A stretch of DNA of 64,000 nt from Burkholderiales bacterium (GTDB taxonomy: Bacteria; Pseudomonadota; Gammaproteobacteria; Burkholderiales; SG8-41), in the NCBI GenBank assembly GCA_036555615.1, contig DATBKZ010000034.1, positions 84,246-148,245 on the forward strand, given 5' to 3'. The position numbers and the translations under genes are program-made. Position 1 is the stretch's first letter. Every line of letters starts with the position of its first letter. The notes beneath the pieces are model-generated. The model saw only the letters and a list, made by a program, of their open reading frames with translations. It was not told the origin of the DNA and ran no database searches. Below are positions 17,683-26,798 of this stretch, one piece after another.

Positions 17683-19020
17683 ATGGACAGCTCGCGGCTC
17701 AACTGGTTGTCGGCGTGCGACTCGGCGCAGGCGATCCGGGACGGCTCGATCAGCGCCGAAGCGCTCGTTGGCGCGTGCCTCGCGCGCGTGCGCGAGCTGG
17801 AGCCGCAGGTGCAGGCATGGGCGTTTCTCGATCCGGAGCACGCGCTCGCGCAGGCGCGCGCCGCGGATGAGTTGCGGAAGAGCGGCGCGCCGACCGGCCC
17901 GCTGCACGGGGTGCCCGTCGGGATCAAGGACATCTTCGATACCGCCGACATGCCGACGGAAGATGGAACGGTGCTTCATGCCGGACGCACGCCGGCCGCG
18001 GATGCGACGGCCGTCACGCGGCTGCGGGCGGCTGGCGCCGTGATCATGGGCAAGACAGTCACGACCGAGCTCGCGACCTATGCGCCGGGCAAGACGCGCA
18101 ATCCGCACAACACCGCGCACACCCCGGGCGGATCCTCGAGCGGCTCGGCAGCCGCGGTCGCATGCGGGATGGTACCGCTCGCGCTTGGCTCGCAGACCAA
18201 CGGCTCGGTGATCCGGCCGGCGGCCTATTGCGGCGTCTACGGCTTCAAGCCGACCCACGGCCTGATTTCCCGGCACGGCGCGCTCAAGCTCTCGCGCGCG
18301 CTGGACCACGTCGGCGTGTTTGCGCGCTCGATCGAGGACATCGCGGCTGCCTGCGAGGAGCTCGCTGCCCACGATGAGCACGATCCCGATACGCGGCCGC
18401 GCGCGCGCATTCCATTCGCGAAAATCGCGGCGGAGGAGCCGCCGCTGCCGCCGCGGCTGGCGCTGGTCAAGACGCCGCTCTGGGATCGCGCCGAGCGGGA
18501 GACCCGTGAAGCATTTGAGGAACTTGCGGCGCACCTCGGCGATCGCGTCGAGGAGTTTCCGCTGCCCGAGAGCGCCCGCGAGGCGCTGCTATGGCACCGT
18601 ACCGTCATGGAGGCGGAGATGGCCGCAAACCTTGCGGGGGAATACGAAAACGGCGGCGACAAGCTGAGCGAATCGCTGCGGGCGCAGCTCGAGCGCGGCC
18701 GTCAGTTGAGCGCATTTGACTACCAGCGAGCGCTCGCGCGCGTGCCCCAGGTGATCGAGGGGCTCAGCCGGATATTCGACCGCTACGACGCGATCCTGAC
18801 GCCGTCTGCGGCAGGCACCGCCCCGCGCGGCCTGCAGTCCACCGGCGACCCCATGTTCTGCACGCTGTGGACGTTCGCGGGGATGCCGGCCATCAACCTG
18901 CCGCTGATGCAGGGCGAGAACGGGCTGCCGCTCGGCGTGCAGCTCGTTGGCCCGCGTCATGATGACGCGCGCCTGCTGCGCACCGCGCGCTGGCTTGCCA
19001 AGGCGGTGGAGACGGACTGA
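17683..19020 (+). CDS. Amidase-signature family amidase (GatA-like)
   Basis: GVPVGIKDIFDT, GGSSSGSAAAVA and GSQTNGSVIRPAAYCGVYGFKPT form the amidase signature with the Ser-cisSer-Lys triad context. It starts 4 nt after the dctM stop. Confidence 0.9.
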   Translation: MDSSRLNWLSACDSAQAIRDGSISAEALVGACLARVRELEPQVQAWAFLDPEHALAQARAADELRKSGAPTGPLHGVPVGIKDIFDTADMPTEDGTVLHAGRTPAADATAVTRLRAAGAVIMGKTVTTELATYAPGKTRNPHNTAHTPGGSSSGSAAAVACGMVPLALGSQTNGSVIRPAAYCGVYGFKPTHGLISRHGALKLSRALDHVGVFARSIEDIAAACEELAAHDEHDPDTRPRARIPFAKIAAEEPPLPPRLALVKTPLWDRAERETREAFEELAAHLGDRVEEFPLPESAREALLWHRTVMEAEMAANLAGEYENGGDKLSESLRAQLERGRQLSAFDYQRALARVPQVIEGLSRIFDRYDAILTPSAAGTAPRGLQSTGDPMFCTLWTFAGMPAINLPLMQGENGLPLGVQLVGPRHDDARLLRTARWLAKAVETD

Positions 19021-19044
19021 ACAGCGAGCAAGGAGGAATACGAC

Positions 19045-19212
19045 ATGATTTTCAGAATACTGGCGGCGGTTATCGCGGCGGCGCTTCTGCTTGCGTTCCT
19101 CTTGCCCTATGTGGTGAAAATGCAGGACATCGCGCTCGGCGCCGTGATCTTGGTGGGACTCGCGATGATGGCCCGGGATCTGTGGGATTCCCTGCAGGAG
19201 AAGGAAGACTGA
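19045..19212 (+). CDS. Unlisted 55-aa, 2-TM small membrane protein
   Basis: Below the 60-aa cutoff of the ORF track. ATG 19045 lies 8 nt after AGGAGG (19031-19036). Translation: MIFRILAAVIAAALLLAFLLPYVVKMQDIALGAVILVGLAMMARDLWDSLQEKED. TGA at 19210-19212. Confidence 0.5.
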   Translation: MIFRILAAVIAAALLLAFLLPYVVKMQDIALGAVILVGLAMMARDLWDSLQEKED

Positions 19213-19342
19213 CGGCCGCAGGCCGCGGCGGCAATTCCGCACGGCCGGCCTCCGCGGACGGACTGTCGCAGCGCCTGCGCGGGGTGCTGCCGCAGGCGAC
19301 CGTGACGACTCCATGCGACAGGAGCGGCTGGCGCGTTTCCCC

Positions 19343-20320
19343 ATGAAGCCGAAGATACTCGTCACGCGCGAAGTGTTCGACGAAACCCTCGAGTTTCTTT
19401 CCGCCCACTGCGACGTGGACCCGAACCAGGCGGACATCGCACTCGACCACGCAAAGCTCGCGGACCGGCTCGCGGACAAGGAGGGCGTCATGTGCGCGCT
19501 CACCGACCGCATCGACGACGCGCTTCTCGCGCGCTGCCCGAAGCTCAAGGTCGTGGCGAACATCGCGGTCGGGTTCAACAATATCGACCTCGCCGCCTGC
19601 ACCGCGCGCGGCGTGATGGCTACGAACACCCCCGGGGTGCTGGACGACTCCACCGCCGACCTCGCCTGGGCCCTTATCCTCGGCGCAGCGCGGCGCCTGA
19701 CCGAGCTCGAGCGCCGGGTGCGGGTGGGGGAATGGATGGGCTGGCGGCTGAAGCAGTGGCTGGGTATCGACGTCCATCACGCCACACTTGGCATCCTCGG
19801 CATGGGTCGCATCGGTCAGGCGATCGCGCGCCGCGCGGCCGGCTTCGAGATGAAGGTGCTTTACCACAACCGAAACCGGGTCGGGCCCGACATCGAGCAG
19901 CGCTGCCGTGCAACCTTTGTGACCCAGGACGAGCTGCTGAAGCAATCGGACTTCGTGGTGCTGCAAGTGCCTTATTCCCGGGAGACGCACCACCTGATCG
20001 GCGCGCGGGAGCTGAAGCGCATGAAGCCGACTGCGATCCTCATCAACTCGACGCGCGGCGGCGTGGTGGACGATGCGGCCCTCATTGAGGCATTGCGAAG
20101 CGGTGTCATCCGCGCGGCCGGCCTGGACGTCTTCGAGAACGAGCCCAGGCTCAACCCGGAGTTCCTGCGGCTGGACAACGTGGTGCTGATGCCTCATATC
20201 GGCAGCTCGACCGAGGCTACGCGCCGCGCGATGGCGATTACCGCGGCACGGAACCTGGTCGCGGCATTGACCGGCGGCCGGCCGCCCAACCTGCTGAATC
20301 CCGGGGCGAAACGGTTCTAG
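19343..20320 (+). CDS. D-isomer-specific 2-hydroxyacid dehydrogenase (glyoxylate/hydroxypyruvate reductase B-like)
   Basis: GILGMGRIGQAIARR NAD-binding loop and NSTRGGVVD...LDVFENEP...MPHIGSST catalytic region. ATG 19343. Confidence 0.85.
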   Translation: MKPKILVTREVFDETLEFLSAHCDVDPNQADIALDHAKLADRLADKEGVMCALTDRIDDALLARCPKLKVVANIAVGFNNIDLAACTARGVMATNTPGVLDDSTADLAWALILGAARRLTELERRVRVGEWMGWRLKQWLGIDVHHATLGILGMGRIGQAIARRAAGFEMKVLYHNRNRVGPDIEQRCRATFVTQDELLKQSDFVVLQVPYSRETHHLIGARELKRMKPTAILINSTRGGVVDDAALIEALRSGVIRAAGLDVFENEPRLNPEFLRLDNVVLMPHIGSSTEATRRAMAITAARNLVAALTGGRPPNLLNPGAKRF

Positions 20321-20417
20321 ACGCCCAGTCGCCAAAAGGCGGGGGAAATGTCAGAATCATCTCCGCGCCCTTTTTTGCAGCGCAGCGAGTACAACGGGAG
20401 AACGCACGGGCCGGATT

Positions 20418-23339
20418 ATGGTTGATCAGGCAGCGGACAACCGGGTTTACGCCGAGCAGGTGCGCCAGCTCTACCGGCTGTCGCGGCCGGGGTACCTCGG
20501 CACCCTGATCAACTCCAGTATCCTCGTCTTCGCCCTGTGGGAGATCGTCTCGAGCACACTCCTCGGGGCATGGCTCACCGCGATGTTCCTGGTGACCGGC
20601 GCGCGCTACCTGCTCTACCGCTCGCACGGCGGATTGAACCCGCCGGACGCCGACGCGCCCCGGTGGGCGCGGCGCTTCGCGATCGGTGCGGGAGCCGCAG
20701 GCTTGTTATGGGGTGTCGCCGGCTCGGTCCTCTACCCGGTATCCTCGCTGCCCCACCAGTTCCTCGCCATTTTCCTGATCGGCGGCATGATGCTGGCCGC
20801 CATGGTGGTGCTCGCCCCCGTGCGGCAGGCGTTTCTTGCCTACGTGCTGCCGGCTTTCATTCTCCTCATTGCCACGGTGTTCGCGCAAGGCTCGACGCTG
20901 CACATCTTCATGGGCGTCCTCCTCGTCGTGCTGCTCGGGGTGGTGCTGGGAACGAGCCCGGTTCTCTCCCAGATCGTGCGCGAGTCGCTACGCGTGAAAT
21001 TCGAGAATTCCGCGCTGGTCGAGCAGCTGTCGCGGGCCAACCGCGAGCTCTCCGAGCGCGTGAGTGCCCAGGAGGGCGCCGAGGAGGTGCTGCGGCAGAC
21101 CTCGCAGAAGCTGGAGACCCTGATCGACGCTTCCCCGGTCTCGATCGTCGCGCGCGACCAGAACCTGCGCATCGTCAAGTGGAACGCGGCCGCCGAGCGC
21201 ATGTTCGGCTGGAAGGAGCGGGAGGTGCTGGGCGGACCGGTGCCGTTCGTGCCGCCGGACCTGGAGGACGAGGCGGTCGCGATGCGCCAGCGTCTGCTGC
21301 GGGGCGAATCGATCTCCGAGTTCGAGACGGTCCGGATGCGCAAGGACGGCACGCGCATCAACGTCAGCGTCTCGACGACGGTCATGCACGATGCCGAGGG
21401 CCGTCCCTCGGGCTTCATCAGCCTCGCCACCGATATTACCGAGCGCAAGCGTGCCGAGCGCCGGTTGCAGATGGAGCACTCGGTCACCCGCATCCTCGAG
21501 GAATCGCGCACGGTGGAGGACGCGCTGCCGCGGCTGATACGCACCATTGCCGAGGCGGGCGGATGGGTCTATGGGGCGCGCTGGGAGCTCGACAAGAGCG
21601 CGAACCTGCTGCGCTGCATGGAAACGTGGTGCGTGGATGCCCCCGAAGTGCGGGAGTTCATGGCGTTCAGCCGCCTGCGCATGCAAACGCCCGGCACCAG
21701 CACCGGCCCGATCCACCAGGTCTGGTCCACCAACGCCCCGGTATGGATTGCCGATGTCGCCCAGGACATCAACATGCGGCGGGGGCCGGCGGCGCTCAAG
21801 GCGGGGCTCCATGCGGTATTCGCATTCCCGATCCTGGTCGGCGAGGAGCTCTACGGCGTCATCGAGCTGTTCGGGGGCGAGCCGCGGCAGCCCGATGCGG
21901 CGTTGATGGGAGCGATGCACACGATCGGCAGCCAGATCGGGCAATTCATGGCGCGCAAGGCCGCCGAGCAGAACCTGCGCTTCTTCGCGAGCCACGATCC
22001 CCTGACCGGGCTCTCCAACCGGACCATGTTCAACGACCGCCTGCACCAGTCGCTCGCCCAGGCGGCCCGGTTCGAGCGCAGCCTCGCGCTGCTGTTCATC
22101 GACCTCGACGGCTTCAAGGACGTCAACGACACGCACGGGCACACCGTGGGCGACATGCTGCTCGCCGAGCTAGCGAGCCGGCTGCGCGCGACTCTGCGCG
22201 AAGGCGACGTGATCGGCCGCATGGGCGGCGACGAGTTCGTGGTGCTGATCGAGGAATTCGGCGAGGCGGGGCAGGTCGCCGAAGTGGCGAAAAAGCTGCT
22301 CGACACCGTGGAGCGTCCCTTCACCCTGCAGGGTCGAGAATGCCGGGTGACGGCGAGCCTCGGCATCAGCATCTATCCCGACGATGGCAAGGACGCCGAC
22401 ACGCTGATCAAGAACGCCGACATGGCGATGTACCTGGTGAAGCAGCAGGGCAAGAGCAGCTACCGCTTCTACTCGCCGCAGATGAACGTGCACCTGGTCG
22501 AGCGCCTCTCGCTCGAGTCCGGCCTGCGGCGGGCGATCGACCTGGGGGAGCTCACGCTCCTCTACCAGCCGCGAGTGGGCGTGCGCGACGGCCAGGTGAG
22601 CGGAGTGGAGGCCCTCATGCGCTGGCAGCACCCGACGCAGGGCATGATCGGGCCGGGCGAGTTCATCCCGGTGGCGGAAGACGCGGGGCTGATCGCCGCA
22701 ATCGGGGAGTGGGCGCTGCACTCGGCCTGCCGCCAGGCGCGCGCCTGGCGCGAGCAGGGGTTGCCGCTCCTGCGCGTTGCGGTCAATGTGTCGCAGAAGC
22801 AGTTCCTGCAGGAAAGCCTGATCCAGGTGGTGCGGGAAGCGCTGCACCGCGCGGCGCTCGAGCCCGGACGCCTCGAGCTCGAGATCACCGAGGAAATGGT
22901 TATCCGCAACCCCGAGCGCGCGATGCGCCTGCTTGCACAGCTGAAGGAGGCGGGCGTCCGGGTGGTGGTCGACGGCTTCGGCACCGGCTACTCGTCATTG
23001 AGCTTCCTCAGGCGGCTGCCGATCGACAGCGTCAAGATCGACCGGTCGCTGATCGGCGAGCTGCCGTCGAGCGCCGATGCGACGGCGCTCACCCGCGGGG
23101 TGGTTGCGATGGCCCACAGCCTCGGCCTGACGGTGATCGCCGAGGGGGTGGAAACCCGCGAGCAGTGGGAGTTCCTGCGCGAGCATGGGTGCGAGGAAAT
23201 GCAGGGCAACTACTTCAGCGCGCCGGTCGCGCCCGAGATCGTGCCGGGCATCGTGCGGCAGCCCGTTGCCGCGGGCGCGCGCGCGGCCGTGCAGACGCTA
23301 CGGGCGCGGCGCGCCGAGGGCGATCCCGATCAAGGGTAA
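20418..23339 (+). CDS. Membrane-anchored PAS-GAF-GGDEF-EAL cyclic-di-GMP signalling protein
   Basis: 973 aa. About 6 N-terminal TM helices, coiled coil, PAS (MFGWKEREVLG), GAF, GGDEF (GRMGGDEFVVL) and EAL (EALMRWQHP...DGFGTGYSSL). Confidence 0.9.
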   Translation: MVDQAADNRVYAEQVRQLYRLSRPGYLGTLINSSILVFALWEIVSSTLLGAWLTAMFLVTGARYLLYRSHGGLNPPDADAPRWARRFAIGAGAAGLLWGVAGSVLYPVSSLPHQFLAIFLIGGMMLAAMVVLAPVRQAFLAYVLPAFILLIATVFAQGSTLHIFMGVLLVVLLGVVLGTSPVLSQIVRESLRVKFENSALVEQLSRANRELSERVSAQEGAEEVLRQTSQKLETLIDASPVSIVARDQNLRIVKWNAAAERMFGWKEREVLGGPVPFVPPDLEDEAVAMRQRLLRGESISEFETVRMRKDGTRINVSVSTTVMHDAEGRPSGFISLATDITERKRAERRLQMEHSVTRILEESRTVEDALPRLIRTIAEAGGWVYGARWELDKSANLLRCMETWCVDAPEVREFMAFSRLRMQTPGTSTGPIHQVWSTNAPVWIADVAQDINMRRGPAALKAGLHAVFAFPILVGEELYGVIELFGGEPRQPDAALMGAMHTIGSQIGQFMARKAAEQNLRFFASHDPLTGLSNRTMFNDRLHQSLAQAARFERSLALLFIDLDGFKDVNDTHGHTVGDMLLAELASRLRATLREGDVIGRMGGDEFVVLIEEFGEAGQVAEVAKKLLDTVERPFTLQGRECRVTASLGISIYPDDGKDADTLIKNADMAMYLVKQQGKSSYRFYSPQMNVHLVERLSLESGLRRAIDLGELTLLYQPRVGVRDGQVSGVEALMRWQHPTQGMIGPGEFIPVAEDAGLIAAIGEWALHSACRQARAWREQGLPLLRVAVNVSQKQFLQESLIQVVREALHRAALEPGRLELEITEEMVIRNPERAMRLLAQLKEAGVRVVVDGFGTGYSSLSFLRRLPIDSVKIDRSLIGELPSSADATALTRGVVAMAHSLGLTVIAEGVETREQWEFLREHGCEEMQGNYFSAPVAPEIVPGIVRQPVAAGARAAVQTLRARRAEGDPDQG

Positions 23340-23393
23340 TATCGGCTACACTGGGGCGCGGGCCCACCGCGGAGCCGGGCGCAGGAGGTTCCC

Positions 23394-23822
23394 ATGAAAA
23401 CCTTGAAGCAACTGCTGGATGCGAAGGGCAGGGAAGTCTATACGATAAGCCCCGAAGCGAGCGTGCTCGACGCGCTCCGGCTGATGGCGGAAAAGAGCGT
23501 GGGGGCGCTGATCGTCACGGAGGCAGGAAAGATCGCCGGCGTCATCTCGGAACGGGATTACGCGCGCAAGGTGATCCTGCACGGGAAGTCCTCCCACGAG
23601 CTTCGGGTGCGCGACATCATGACCAGCAAGGTCATCACCGTCGGTCCCCGCCAGACAGTCGAAGAGTGCATGGCATTGATGACCGAGAAGCGCATCCGGC
23701 ACCTGCCGGTGACGGAGGGCGAGCGCCTGATCGGCGTGCTCTCGATCGGAGACCTGGTGAAGGAAGTGATCGCAGAGCAGCAGCAGACCATCCAGCAGCT
23801 GGAAAGCTACATCCATCACTGA
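23394..23822 (+). CDS. CBS-pair domain protein
   Basis: 142 aa with AGGAGG 6 nt upstream. Two CBS repeats (VGALIV...GVISERD and IRHLPV...GVLSIGD). Confidence 0.85.
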   Translation: MKTLKQLLDAKGREVYTISPEASVLDALRLMAEKSVGALIVTEAGKIAGVISERDYARKVILHGKSSHELRVRDIMTSKVITVGPRQTVEECMALMTEKRIRHLPVTEGERLIGVLSIGDLVKEVIAEQQQTIQQLESYIHH

Positions 23823-23825
23823 ATC

Positions 23826-24578
23826 TTGAAGTTCGGGGCGATCATCATCGGCGACGAGATCCTCTCCGGCAAGCGCCAGGACGGTCATCTCGCCAGGACC
23901 ATCACGACGCTCGGGTCGCGCGGATTGCAGCTCGCCTGGTGCTGCTACCTCGGGGATGATCCCGACCTCATCATGGAGACGTTCAAGCGCACCTTCGGCT
24001 CAGGCGACGCGGTATTCAGCTTTGGCGGCATCGGCGCAACGCCCGATGACCATACGCGGGCGGCCGCGGCGCGCGCGGCGGGCGTCGCGTTGAAGCTCCA
24101 TCCCGATGCCGAAGCGGAGATCCGGGCGCGCTGGGCAAACGACCCCCGGGCGGTCACCCCGCAGCGGCTGATGATGGGCGAGTTTCCGGAGGGCGCCGAG
24201 ATCATCCCCAATCCCTACAACCGCATCCCCGGCTTCAGCTTCAGGCGCCACCACTTCGTGCCGGGGTTTCCGCAGATGGCGTGGCCGATGCTGGAGTGGG
24301 TGCTCGACACGCACTACCGCGAATGGTTTGCGCCGGGCAGCATCGCCGAATCCTCGATCATCGTGCGCGAGGCCGGAGAAAGCCAGCTGATCGAGTTGAT
24401 GAACGCCTGCCAGGGGCGTTTCCCGCGGATCAAGGTCTTCAGCCTGCCGCGTCTCGAGCCGGACCGCCATATCGAGCTCGGGGCGCGCGGCGCGCCGGGG
24501 GAGGTGGCGGGCGCAATCACCGCGCTCAAGCAGGGCGTGAGCGCGCTCGGCTTCCCGTGGGCCGACGCCGCGAAATAA
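23826..24578 (+). CDS. CinA-N/MoaB-like molybdopterin-binding (MoCF_biosynth) domain protein
   Basis: TTG 23826. FGAIIIGDEILSGKRQDGH...FSFGGIGATPDDHT is typical of the CinA N-terminal domain. Confidence 0.75.
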   Translation: MKFGAIIIGDEILSGKRQDGHLARTITTLGSRGLQLAWCCYLGDDPDLIMETFKRTFGSGDAVFSFGGIGATPDDHTRAAAARAAGVALKLHPDAEAEIRARWANDPRAVTPQRLMMGEFPEGAEIIPNPYNRIPGFSFRRHHFVPGFPQMAWPMLEWVLDTHYREWFAPGSIAESSIIVREAGESQLIELMNACQGRFPRIKVFSLPRLEPDRHIELGARGAPGEVAGAITALKQGVSALGFPWADAAK

Positions 24579-24582
24579 AAAA

Positions 24583-24603
24583 GCCCCGGGGAACGGGGCT
24601 TTT
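24583..24603. terminator. Bidirectional rho-independent terminator between convergent genes
   Basis: AAAAAA-GCCCCG-GGGAA-CGGGGC-TTTT. The stem is flanked by an A-tract on one side and a T-tract on the other, between CinA-like (+) and phaP (-). Confidence 0.75.
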
Positions 24604-24627
24604 CTTGCAGGAATCTCCCGCTGAGGC

Positions 24628-25173
24628 TCAGGCGGCCTTCTTGGCCTTCTTGACGCCCTCGGCGGCCTGCTTGGCGACGGCTTCGATGTTCGACTGCGTC
24701 ACTTCCGTGAACTGCTTGGCGACCTTCGAGAGGTTCTCGTAGGAGGCGTTGACCGCGGCGATCGCCGACTTGAGCGTCGCGATGCCGACCTCGGAACCGG
24801 CGGGAGCGGTCTTCACCATCTTGTCGAGCGCCGCCACGACCTGCTTGTTGAACTCGGCGACCTGCTCTTCGACGAGCTTGCCGAACTCGGCTTGGGTGGC
24901 GGTGGCGACGTCATACACGCTCTTCGCATAGGCGGTCGCCTTCTCGATCGTCGGCTGCGCCATGGTGTCCTTCAGCGCGGCAAGCTGCTGCAGATCCTTC
25001 ACCGCGGCGATGGTCTTGGCGTTCTCGACGGAGTCGGCGAGCGCGCTCCGAGCTGCCTTGAGCTGCAGATCCAGGATGCGCTCCGCGCCTTGGAGGGCTA
25101 CGCCTGCGAATTTGATTGCGGCTTCCAGGTTGGCCTTGTTGATGGCCACCAGTTGTTCGGGGGACTGATACAT
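24628..25173 (-). CDS. phaP: Phasin (PHA-granule-associated protein)
   Basis: 181-aa Ala/Lys/Gln-rich helical protein. MYQSPEQLVAINKANLEAAIKFAGVALQGAERILDLQLKAAR resembles phasin-family N-termini. AGGAG lies 7 nt upstream. Confidence 0.85.
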   Translation of the reverse strand: MYQSPEQLVAINKANLEAAIKFAGVALQGAERILDLQLKAARSALADSVENAKTIAAVKDLQQLAALKDTMAQPTIEKATAYAKSVYDVATATQAEFGKLVEEQVAEFNKQVVAALDKMVKTAPAGSEVGIATLKSAIAAVNASYENLSKVAKQFTEVTQSNIEAVAKQAAEGVKKAKKAA

Positions 25174-25222
25174 GGTTTACTCCTTTCAAAACATCACGTT
25201 AAACAGCGACGGGCCAATAATG

Positions 25223-25298
25223 TTGCGCTGCACAATTGCCATTATATGCTTAGAAACCGGGCTGTCAAGTGGGTTTTAGGCAAGAAGTTTTGCGCTGC
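25223..25298 (-). promoter_or_regulatory. Two copies of TTGCGCTGC (GCAGCGCAA on the minus strand) flanking the phaP promoter; candidate PhaR-type operator pair
   Basis: Identical 9-mers at 25223-25231 (just downstream of the -10) and 25290-25298 (upstream of the -35). Each contains a TGC-N3-GC(A/G) core. Assignment to PhaR is an inference. Confidence 0.3.
25241..25268 (-). promoter_or_regulatory. Consensus sigma-70 promoter of phaP (TTGACA-N16-TATAAT on the minus strand)
   Basis: Plus-strand TGTCAA (25263-25268) and ATTATA (25241-25246). On the minus strand both hexamers are perfect consensus, about 70 nt upstream of the phaP ATG. Confidence 0.6.
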
Positions 25299-25338
25299 GT
25301 CAAGAAACTGAAACATAGGGGCCTGGCGGGAGGCGTTT

Positions 25339-25367
25339 TTGACTTCATTCCAAGGGGACCGTAGCAT
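25339..25367 (+). promoter_or_regulatory. Candidate sigma-70 promoter for the HIT gene (TTGACT-N17-TAGCAT)
   Basis: Hexamers at 25339-25344 and 25362-25367, divergent from the phaP promoter. Confidence 0.35.
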
Positions 25368-25413
25368 ACAAACTCCTTTCTAATCATTGGCGTAGACCAG
25401 CGGGAGCCCAGCG

Positions 25414-25752
25414 TTGACCACAATCTTTGGCAAGATCATCCGGCGCGAGCTTCCGGCGGACATCGTCTACGAGGACGAGCATTGCCTGGCAATCCGCGAC
25501 ATCAATCCCCAGGCACCCACCCACGTGCTCGTGATACCCAGGAAGCAGATCCGAATGCTCTCGAGCGCCGGCACCGGCGATCAGGCGCTGCTCGGTCACC
25601 TGCTGCTCGCCGCCTGCAAGGTCGCGAAGCAGCTCGGCGCCGGCGACGCGTTTCGCCTGGTGGTCAACAACGGTGCGAAGGCCGGCCAGAGCGTCTTTCA
25701 TCTACACTTGCACATCCTGGCCGGCCGCAAGCTCGACTGGCCCCCCGGATGA
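25414..25752 (+). CDS. Histidine-triad (HIT) nucleotide-binding protein, HinT-like
   Basis: TTG 25414. 112 aa with IFGKIIRRELPADIVYEDE...APTHVLVIPRK...VFHLHLHILAG (HxHxHxx motif). Confidence 0.9.
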   Translation: MTTIFGKIIRRELPADIVYEDEHCLAIRDINPQAPTHVLVIPRKQIRMLSSAGTGDQALLGHLLLAACKVAKQLGAGDAFRLVVNNGAKAGQSVFHLHLHILAGRKLDWPPG

Positions 25753-25826
25753 GCGTGCCTGGATGGGCGACGTCCGTCGCAAACGGCGTCGAAGGTGGAA
25801 GCGATAAGAACGGAGGAGGATCTACG

Positions 25827-26798
25827 ATGCGAAACGCAACCTGCTTGAGTGTAATCCCCATCGTGCTGCTCGGCTTGATGGCGGCGGCCGCAGAGGTCAC
25901 GGCGCAAGCGTATCCCGCCAAGCCCGTCCGGATCGTCGTCCCGACTTCGCCTGGCGGCGGCAACGATTTCGTCGCGCGGGCCGCGGGGCAGAGGCTCGGG
26001 GACCGGCTCGGCCAGCAGTTCATCGTGGACAACCGTCCCGGCGCGGGCGGCAGCATCGGCACCACCATCGTGGCGAAAGCGGCCCCGGACGGCTACACGC
26101 TGCTGCTCGGCTTCGTCGGCCAGCTCGCGATGTACCCCCACGTCGAGAAGACCGAGTACGACCCGCAGCGTGATTTCATCGGCTTGAGTTTGCTCGCCTC
26201 CTCGTACCACGTGATGGCGGTGCATCCGTCGCTGCCGGTACGCTCGGTCAAGGAGCTGATAGCGTTCGCGAAAGCGCACCCGGGCGAGCTTTACTACTCC
26301 TCAGGCAACATCTGGACGCCGACACACCTCGTGCCCGAGCTGTTCAACGCGGCGACGGGGACACGCCTGATTCCCATCCACTACAAGGGCTCGGGACCCT
26401 CCGTCATCGGGGTGCTGACGGGAGAGACTCAGGTGATCATGTCGAGCGTGACGGCCGTGATGCCCCACGTGCGCTCGAAGCGCCTGGTGGCGCTCGCGGT
26501 CACCAGCCCCAAGCGGACGCCGGTTGCGCCGCAGGTGCCGACGCTGGTGGAGCTTGGCGTGAGAGGCGTGGAGGCGCCCTCATGGTACGCGATCGTGGCG
26601 CCCGCGGGCACGCCGCGCCCGATCGTCGACAAGCTTCACGGGGAACTCGCGGCGATGTCCACGCAGCCGGATTTCCAGGCGCTGTTTCGCAAGCAGGCGC
26701 TCGAGCCGACGTCCAAGACGCCTGAGGAGTTTGCGGTATTCCTGCAAGCCGAGAACGACAAGTGGAGCAAGATCGTCAAGGCCATCAGGGCGCAATGA
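25827..26798 (+). CDS. Bug-family (TctC-like) tripartite tricarboxylate transporter substrate-binding protein
   Basis: ATG 25827 follows GGAGGAGGA. Signal peptide, then YPAKPVRIVVPTSPGGGNDFVAR...DNRPGAGGSIG...PDGYTLLL, the classic Bug motif set. Confidence 0.9.
   Translation: MRNATCLSVIPIVLLGLMAAAAEVTAQAYPAKPVRIVVPTSPGGGNDFVARAAGQRLGDRLGQQFIVDNRPGAGGSIGTTIVAKAAPDGYTLLLGFVGQLAMYPHVEKTEYDPQRDFIGLSLLASSYHVMAVHPSLPVRSVKELIAFAKAHPGELYYSSGNIWTPTHLVPELFNAATGTRLIPIHYKGSGPSVIGVLTGETQVIMSSVTAVMPHVRSKRLVALAVTSPKRTPVAPQVPTLVELGVRGVEAPSWYAIVAPAGTPRPIVDKLHGELAAMSTQPDFQALFRKQALEPTSKTPEEFAVFLQAENDKWSKIVKAIRAQ

Noticed and set aside
20537-23959. 1140-aa plus-strand ORF overlapping the GGDEF-EAL gene in another frame
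   Set aside because: This is an alternative frame of a gene with intact PAS/GAF/GGDEF/EAL motifs. The product is Arg/Gly/Pro-rich, a high-GC frame artefact.
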